A stretch of 64,000 nt of DNA from Nitrososphaeria archaeon (lineage in GTDB: Archaea; Thermoproteota; Nitrososphaeria; Nitrososphaerales; JAAOZN01), in contig JARVJZ010000005.1 in the NCBI GenBank assembly GCA_029775855.1, positions 1-64,000 of the forward strand. Reading direction: 5' to 3'. Under the pieces are notes generated by a model, which was not told the origin of the DNA, did no database searches, and worked only from the letters and a program-made list of their open reading frames with translations. Within the stretch, counting starts at the first letter, position 1. Every line of letters begins with the position of its first letter. The position numbers and the translations under genes were made by a program. Shown here piece by piece: positions 58,311 to 64,000 of the stretch.

Positions 58311-58772
58311 CTACCGCACACCAGTAAGGAAGCTAGGTATACTTCTCTTCAGCAACGCTAGGTAGGCTGCGAACCCTTTATCAAGCAGCCACTTAACAGC
58401 ATCAGGGTTACCCCAGGATGCAGCAACCCTACACACGTCAAGAAGAATGGGTTCACCTAAGTCAGCGAGTAAATCGGTGAACCTCTTAGCGAACGAGCAG
58501 GCCTTCATAAGAATAGAGCCGAGAACATTCAATAGGGCTCTGCTGATAACCTTAACCAACCCCTTCTCCGCCAAATCTATTGTAAGATTCAGTATACGCC
58601 TATCAACCAAGCCAAGTACCCTACGGTAGCACCTACTCCTCATAAGCCTACTCTGAAACCATTTTAGAAACTCAACCCTAGCCGCAGATTCACTAGCAGA
58701 AGACTGCTTAAGGCGCATATACGAGTTGAAGCACTCATTAAAGAATGCTACACCATCAGCAGGATGCATCAA
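58311..58772 (-). CDS. Hypothetical basic helical protein heading the glycan cluster
   Basis: 153-aa ORF co-oriented with the cluster; no recognised catalytic motif. Confidence 0.5.
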   Translation of the reverse strand: MMHPADGVAFFNECFNSYMRLKQSSASESAARVEFLKWFQSRLMRSRCYRRVLGLVDRRILNLTIDLAEKGLVKVISRALLNVLGSILMKACSFAKRFTDLLADLGEPILLDVCRVAASWGNPDAVKWLLDKGFAAYLALLKRSIPSFLTGVR

Positions 58773-58959
58773 ACCTTATCTGAACCCCTGAAGATGTGCG
58801 TAGGAAAGATGACTTTACAACACACTTCATCAACAGACAGAGTATACCAGTAGCTGAATACGTTGTGTACCACAAGGCTCAACTAGGTTGAGCTTAAACT
58901 TGATTAATAAATGTTGCGCAGACCTATAAGAGAAGAGGTGAGCAAACCTTAACGTTAAA

Positions 58960-59325
58960 CACAATAGAAGGTTGAGAGTCAGACGCTTAAGCGAAGATGT
59001 TTCAACCTATCTTGGGCATCTTCCTTCATTGAAGCTTCATACAAAGCTCGTCATTTAGAGATTTAGACGTCGCTTTGTGGGTGAAAGATAGCGGAAACGC
59101 GCTTCACTACACGGTTAACCTCTCAGCGGAGGTAAGCAGTGAACTAGGCACACCTGCGGACATCCAAGTCTTAAATGAAGCCCCATTTCTCTTCAAATTC
59201 CACGCCTTCACAGAGGGTAGGCTGTTATTCTCCAATGAAGAGGGTTAAGATTAAGGTTGCTGGATGAGGTTGTCAGACAGTATCTGGACGCAAGGTTCCT
59301 CTCAAACATACATCAGAAAGGCTAA
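58960..59325 (+). pseudogene. Decayed minimal nucleotidyltransferase (MNT antitoxin type)
   Basis: FRDLDVALWV...ADIQVLNEAP..FKF....EGRLLFS, then frameshifted LDEVVRQYLD; N-terminus broken. Confidence 0.7.
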
Positions 59326-59439
59326 GACAGGATATAATGCGAAGTATCCAAAGCTAAATCTGAATAAGCATGTTTGCCTGCGAAGAATTTATTAGCGTAC
59401 GCTCCGGCTAAAAAAAGCCACATAATGAGCTTTTCCACT

Positions 59440-59800
59440 TTCTTGCCTTTTTATTAGATTTCAAAGTTGTTTATCTTGAGCGCCACCAGATTCCTTTATG
59501 CGCTTGACTTCAATAATTAAACATGTTCTTTGAGTTTAAGAACTAAATCCGGATACGTCAAAAGCATTCATGTAAGCCGTAAATTCTGAATAGTGGATGG
59601 CGTTTTGCTCTAATAAACTAATTAATCGGTAAACGTATCCTCGGTTTCTGGGACTCGCATATATATACCTTGTAGCAATCCTAATATCCTTGATTACTTT
59701 CATTTGCTGGTCTATTATTTCTACATCGACAAGATAACTTTCGTCTATTTAGAGGCTTAGGGGTTTGTAGAGAGGTATCCCAATAACGTAGGTTGTTTTT
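59440..59800 (-). pseudogene. Decayed PD-(D/E)xK restriction endonuclease
   Basis: YPDLVLKLKEH, frameshift, LIIEVKRIKESGGAQDKQL*; lies directly downstream of the MTase. Confidence 0.6.
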
Positions 59801-61201
59801 AACATCCTTTACTTTTATTTCCTTTTTCGCTAAATAGTTTTCTATCCAAGGTTCTAATGAATGTATGTGTTTTACTTCTTCAACGTTGACATCACTTAAT
59901 GGGCATGTTTCTATTATTGCTCTTGCTTGTTTAAGTCCAAGATACTTTCTAGTATAGTATCTCGTTGACTCTCTATAAGTCGTCATGAAGTCGCTGTCAT
60001 ATTCTTTCCTAAGTTTGTTTAAGATGTAGTTAAACCAATCTTTAACAAAGACTTGTTCATCATAACTTAATCGGCTCTTGAAGAATATTTGAATGGGGTG
60101 TGTTCTGTATGTGTAATCTTTGGATACCATTATCCCATCAACGCCGAAGACTTTCTTACATTCGTATAACCCCGCTCTACCCTCAAACCTTCCAGTATCC
60201 AATGTCTTGAGGAAGAGTACATTACTTTTAATTCTGTCATGTAATTCTTTATTAACCTTCGCTACAACTTTACTGTAATTATTTACGTCAAGTAAAGTGA
60301 CCTCATATTCGCCTTTATTGGCTTCAACATCCTTTTTCAAGAGATAATACTCAAAATGTAGGGGGTTATCTGCTTTAAACTGTTCAATGAATTCATAGAA
60401 CTCAGAGCCAGCCCTCCACTTAAACTTCTTTGATAGTTTATAAGCCCTCTTCTTTTCACCGTCTTTTGAAATTTTGGTTGCGTATACTATTTGGTCTGCT
60501 TCAGATGGTATAGCCTTCTTTTCGAAGAAGCATACACAGGTATTGGTTCCAGTGTCTGAGAAGACTTTTTTCTCAAAGATAAATAAATCCACAAGGTTGT
60601 AATATTTGAAGATTAGTTGCCTTATGTGGTTAGCATTTGCATCCCCGAAGAGGAAGTTAGTTGGTATTATGTATATCATCTTGTCTAACCCTTTCATCAA
60701 ATCGTTAAATAATGCAACCTGGTACAGATCTTGAAGCGGCTCCCTCTTTCCTTTAAAGTATTGGAGTAGGTCTCTTGTCTTTTCTGTCTTAGGCATATAA
60801 CCCTTGTAGAGATAAGGCGGATTAGTTATATGGTATAGTGGGTAAGAGTATTCAAAACTCGGAAATTCTTTAAGGGTATCAAGCTGTATTAGATTCTTCT
60901 TTATTAACTCATCTTTTACGCCTATTTGTCTTAATCTATCTGCGAAGAGCGAAAGAGCATGTTCATCTATATCAAAGCATCTTATGTGCTCAGAGAAGAA
61001 TTTATTCCTATTATTCTCTTCAATAGCTTTGACTATTGGTATAATTAAATCGCCTTTACCGCAGTATAGGTCAATCCAAGTATAATCCCATAAACTATCC
61101 TTAAGTTTTGGCAAGACACACTTACGGAAGACTTCAGATGGAGTATAGAATAACCCCCTTTTCTTTTTAAGAATTTTTGCCCTCAAGTCTATTTTCAACA
61201 C
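59681..61201 (-). CDS. N6-adenine DNA methyltransferase, gamma class (type II R-M)
   Basis: GLFYTP (motif X), DLYCGKG (I), FDID, TNPPY (IV), DLY, IIPTNFL, VF.DT; SD AAAGGTGG. Confidence 0.9.
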   Translation of the reverse strand: MLKIDLRAKILKKKRGLFYTPSEVFRKCVLPKLKDSLWDYTWIDLYCGKGDLIIPIVKAIEENNRNKFFSEHIRCFDIDEHALSLFADRLRQIGVKDELIKKNLIQLDTLKEFPSFEYSYPLYHITNPPYLYKGYMPKTEKTRDLLQYFKGKREPLQDLYQVALFNDLMKGLDKMIYIIPTNFLFGDANANHIRQLIFKYYNLVDLFIFEKKVFSDTGTNTCVCFFEKKAIPSEADQIVYATKISKDGEKKRAYKLSKKFKWRAGSEFYEFIEQFKADNPLHFEYYLLKKDVEANKGEYEVTLLDVNNYSKVVAKVNKELHDRIKSNVLFLKTLDTGRFEGRAGLYECKKVFGVDGIMVSKDYTYRTHPIQIFFKSRLSYDEQVFVKDWFNYILNKLRKEYDSDFMTTYRESTRYYTRKYLGLKQARAIIETCPLSDVNVEEVKHIHSLEPWIENYLAKKEIKVKDVKNNLRYWDTSLQTPKPLNRRKLSCRCRNNRPANESNQGY

Positions 61202-61504
61202 ACCACCTTTCTACTTTATCTTCTTTGGAGCTTCTCTATGTCCTCAGCCGTTATTTCATGGTCTTTAAGCATTATAGTTTTACCAAAAGGATGCACCCCT
61301 AATAATAGAAGCCGCACTAATATCTGTAGCACGAGCAAACAGTCTTCCACTAAATGGGACGAATTGGGGTAGTTTTTCCACACCAATATCCCAAACTTCT
61401 AGTTATGCAACAGTCGATTATCTACTTACCCCATCGCACCGCATCGGCTCATCCTTTTTGGCTCATGTTTATAATGCAATAAAGGGCACTCTTAGAAACC
61501 TTAG

Positions 61505-61578
61505 AGCCTCGGGGGGGATTTGAACCCCCGGCGGCTTGCTTACAAGGCAAGTGCTCTGCCGGGCTGAGCTACCGAGGC
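61505..61578 (-). tRNA. tRNA-Thr(UGU), intronless, CCA not encoded
   Basis: GCCTCGG TA GCTC AGCCCGGCA GAGC A CTTGC CT TGT AA GCAAG CCGCC GGGGG TTCAAAT CCCCC CCGAGGC T folds into a full cloverleaf. Confidence 0.96.
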
Positions 61579-61604
61579 GCGTATTTTGGTTGTTTTGTTT
61601 TGCT

Positions 61605-61955
61605 CTATATCTTTTTCTTTTTTGCTGTGAGGTCTTTTATTATGGCTACTAGTATTTGTTGGTATTCTTCGTCGTTTAGGGTTGTTTCGGTGTATCTGTT
61701 TGTCTGCTTCGCGAGTCTAGCTGCTTCAATGTGATAGCATGTTCGGTTTGAGCTTCTTATCATGTGATAGTAGAAGTCTTTGCAGCTGCAGTATGGCTGC
61801 TCTAAGTCTATGTAGTGGTCGATTCTGCTTCCAACTACAGTCCAGAGCTCTCTACCACTGGGCTTGAATATATGCCTCTTGACCCTACCCGATGCAACCA
61901 CTTCATCAACTTTACTATGCTGAGCCAACGAGCCTTTAATATAACGAATATACAT
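61605..61955 (-). CDS. SWIM zinc-finger protein
   Basis: WTVVG...YCSCKDF........CYHI (CxC...CxH); true start possibly downstream. Confidence 0.8.
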   Translation of the reverse strand: MYIRYIKGSLAQHSKVDEVVASGRVKRHIFKPSGRELWTVVGSRIDHYIDLEQPYCSCKDFYYHMIRSSNRTCYHIEAARLAKQTNRYTETTLNDEEYQQILVAIIKDLTAKKKKI

Positions 61956-62724
61956 GCTTTTAATGTTGGCGAAGAGTAAGATTACGCTTCTTCACCCACA
62001 CCCCGCACTCCTCATAGAAGAAGATGACATACACCACCTTATCATCGCTGACCTACACATAGGGTTTGAAGAGCGGTTCAAGGCTGCTGGGGTTAAACTA
62101 CGCCTCTCAACACAAGCCATGCTTAACGAAATCACAGAAATCTGCACACAGCAGAGAATCGATGAAATAATTATACTAGGCGATGTAAAGTTTACAGTAG
62201 GAAGGGTTAGCGCATTAGAGCGCAGAGAGGTTCCTATCTTCTTAGAGCAGGTATCGAGATTAGCTAAAACAACAATTGTATTGGGAAACCACGACGGCAC
62301 TCTTTCAACCCTTATACCTCGTGGAGTTTCTCTCCACACAGAGCCTCATATGATTATACGGGATATTTGCCTCCTTCACGGGCATACTAAGCTTCCAGAA
62401 CTGCTTACAGATGTAAGTAGGGTTGTGATGGGGCATATACACCCAACCTATCTGAGAGAAGGTAGTGTGTTATCTGGTAAACATGTCTGGCTGGTGCTCA
62501 AAGTTAGAAGAGAAGCCCTATGGAGCAAGCAGAGTGGAGTTATAGAGATCTATGTGTTGCCGCCTCTCAACAGGGAACTTTCATATGTGGGCTTCGCGGG
62601 GAGAACGGGCAAGATCATATCACCAATCATAAGGAGAGCTTTGAAGGGTATATGTGATGCCTTGGTCTTAACGGTTGAAGGTGAAATAGTTGGTTATGTT
62701 GACGCATTACCTTATGTCATCTAA
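61954..62724 (+). CDS. Calcineurin-like metallophosphoesterase
   Basis: ADLHIG, LGDVK, GNHD, HGH, MGHIHP. Confidence 0.9.
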   Translation: MLLMLAKSKITLLHPHPALLIEEDDIHHLIIADLHIGFEERFKAAGVKLRLSTQAMLNEITEICTQQRIDEIIILGDVKFTVGRVSALERREVPIFLEQVSRLAKTTIVLGNHDGTLSTLIPRGVSLHTEPHMIIRDICLLHGHTKLPELLTDVSRVVMGHIHPTYLREGSVLSGKHVWLVLKVRREALWSKQSGVIEIYVLPPLNRELSYVGFAGRTGKIISPIIRRALKGICDALVLTVEGEIVGYVDALPYVI

Positions 62725-63461
62725 CCTCGCTCAAAATATACTTTAACACTAGCTTTAAGCACATCATCAGCCCTACCCCTACTCTTAGAGAGAGAACTAC
62801 AGCTGTCAATCTTAACTCCAGCGACTATATCAGCGCCTCTCTTAAAGAAGGGCTCAGGTGTCATACTTGAAGTAGGCCCAAGCACTATAACCTTCTCCGC
62901 ACCTTTAGCCAGCTTCAAGTAGCGCTCTAACCCACCGTAAACTAGACAGGAGCCTGTAATCAAAACGATGTCTGCTCCACTCAACACTTCTTCAGCCTTC
63001 TCAGGCGGGTAAACACCCTTCATTTTCTTCCTTTCAACGATCTTCAGACTTTTAGCTGACTTAAAGCGCCAGAATATAGGCTTAAAGTAGCCTACAACAC
63101 CAACACGCTTACCTTTAAAATCAAGCGAGTCAAGCGGGTCGCCAACCTTAAACGGAGGCGTCGGCTTAAGCGCCCAAGTAAGTGCATTTAACGCTGCTAC
63201 ACCTACAGCCCTTCTTCCAGCGACCCTACTCATACATAGTTTAGCAGCATCCAACGGATCTCTCAGCGCCAATTTAGGTGCGGTCGGTGTTAAATCATAA
63301 GGATAATATGCAACCCCGCAGACTCCTGTTGAGAGTTCAAGCAGAAGGTATCTCTTAAGCACCAGCCAACCTTTAACTTCAACCCCCTCGATGCAGCGCC
63401 CCGCGATTATCTTAAATGCTTCATCAAGTATCAATGTAAAGTAAGGTCCTTCAGATATCAA
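62721..63461 (-). CDS. DUF364 / Rossmann-like putative metal-chelation protein
   Basis: AVGVAALNAL, VGVVGYF.P, ADIVLITGS.LV.G, LGPT. Confidence 0.8.
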   Translation of the reverse strand: MISEGPYFTLILDEAFKIIAGRCIEGVEVKGWLVLKRYLLLELSTGVCGVAYYPYDLTPTAPKLALRDPLDAAKLCMSRVAGRRAVGVAALNALTWALKPTPPFKVGDPLDSLDFKGKRVGVVGYFKPIFWRFKSAKSLKIVERKKMKGVYPPEKAEEVLSGADIVLITGSCLVYGGLERYLKLAKGAEKVIVLGPTSSMTPEPFFKRGADIVAGVKIDSCSSLSKSRGRADDVLKASVKVYFERG

Positions 63462-63504
63462 CTTAAATTTTTACTTAAACCGCTAATATTACGAATGCTC
63501 TGTC

Positions 63505-63520
63505 AAAAACTATTTAAAGT
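63505..63520 (+). promoter_or_regulatory. Archaeal BRE/TATA candidate
   Basis: AAAAACTATTTAAAGT; TTTAAA at 63513-63518 ends 22 nt before the in-frame GTG 63541. Confidence 0.45.
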
Positions 63521-63549
63521 ATACTGGATAACAGTTAGATGTGAATCTT

Positions 63550-64000
63550 ATGCTGAGTAGAAAACATAGAGGTCTATCAAACACTATAGCAGGCGCAGCT
63601 ATGATTATACTTCTTTTCATAGGTGTAGGCATAGGCTACGTTATACCAAGAGAAGCCCCAGTAGCCCAAACCATCACAGTAACAAATGTAGTGACACAGA
63701 CCGTAACTCAGACAAGAGTTGAAACAACAACCGCAACAGTGACTGCAACACAGCCCGCTACACCTATCAAGATAGGCTTTTCAGCCCCGTTAACAGGTGC
63801 AGGCGCTTTCTATGGGCAGCAGGCGCTATGGGGTGCACAGATGGCGGTCGATGAAATCAACGCCAGAGGTGGTGTGCTTAATAGGCAGCTTACATTAATA
63901 GCTGAAGATCATCGTGGTGTGCCTGCTGAGGCTGTGTCTACTGTCGAAAAGCTGATAAACGTAGATCAAGTCAGCGTGATAATAGGGACGTTCTTCAGTT
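63550..64000 (+). CDS. Liv/HAAT family ABC substrate-binding protein, N-terminal part (runs off window end)
   Basis: MLSRKHRG/LSNTIAGAAMIILLFIGVGIGY, T-rich linker, PIKIGFSAPLTG..A.YG, EINARGGVL.R.L.LI.ED; absent from the ORF track because it has no stop in the window. Confidence 0.88.
   Translation, partial: MLSRKHRGLSNTIAGAAMIILLFIGVGIGYVIPREAPVAQTITVTNVVTQTVTQTRVETTTATVTATQPATPIKIGFSAPLTGAGAFYGQQALWGAQMAVDEINARGGVLNRQLTLIAEDHRGVPAEAVSTVEKLINVDQVSVIIGTFFS

Noticed and set aside
61205-61420. Coding-like remnant between the MTase and the tRNA as an integrase fragment
   Set aside because: No tyrosine-recombinase R..HxxR..Y motif visible in the frames I read
326-63461. Numerous antisense or overlapping ORFs in the track (e.g. 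326..886, 5955..6509, 8047..8625, 26561..27091, 43846..44322)
   Set aside because: They are shadows of well-supported genes on the other strand or frame, are Ser/Leu-rich and have no motifs

Overview
Archaeal chromosomal window. The PCNA, ThiF and SWIM/metallophosphoesterase proteins look Nitrososphaeria/TACK-like, which is an inference from sequence style. Bases 1-28 kb are mostly core and metabolic genes: the end of livF, a cysteine hydrolase, a NEW3/ABC exporter trio, modABC, Lrp, an OCD-family dehydrogenase, a beta-CASP nuclease, PCNA, ThiF, a radical SAM/SPASM-tautomerase-glycosyltransferase operon, a Liv-type transporter, two LLM oxidoreductases and TldD. A ~4 kb cassette of two unknown surface proteins interrupts this part and is bracketed by diverged fragments of neighbouring genes. 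From ~28 kb to the 3' end of a tRNA-Thr(UGU) at 61.5 kb lies a variable island. It starts with decayed mobile/defence genes (PIN TA, IS6, a Mom-like GNAT) around an open Sir2-like frame with no canonical start codon. A ~25 kb surface-glycan cluster follows (rmlACBD, DegT, GT2/GT4, three methyltransferases, a GT4-kinase fusion, a membrane nucleotidyltransferase, a 1500-aa multi-TM/LamG protein), then an N6-adenine MTase with a dead restriction gene. No rRNA, CRISPR array or intact integrase was seen. All functional calls come from motif recognition by eye, not database searches.
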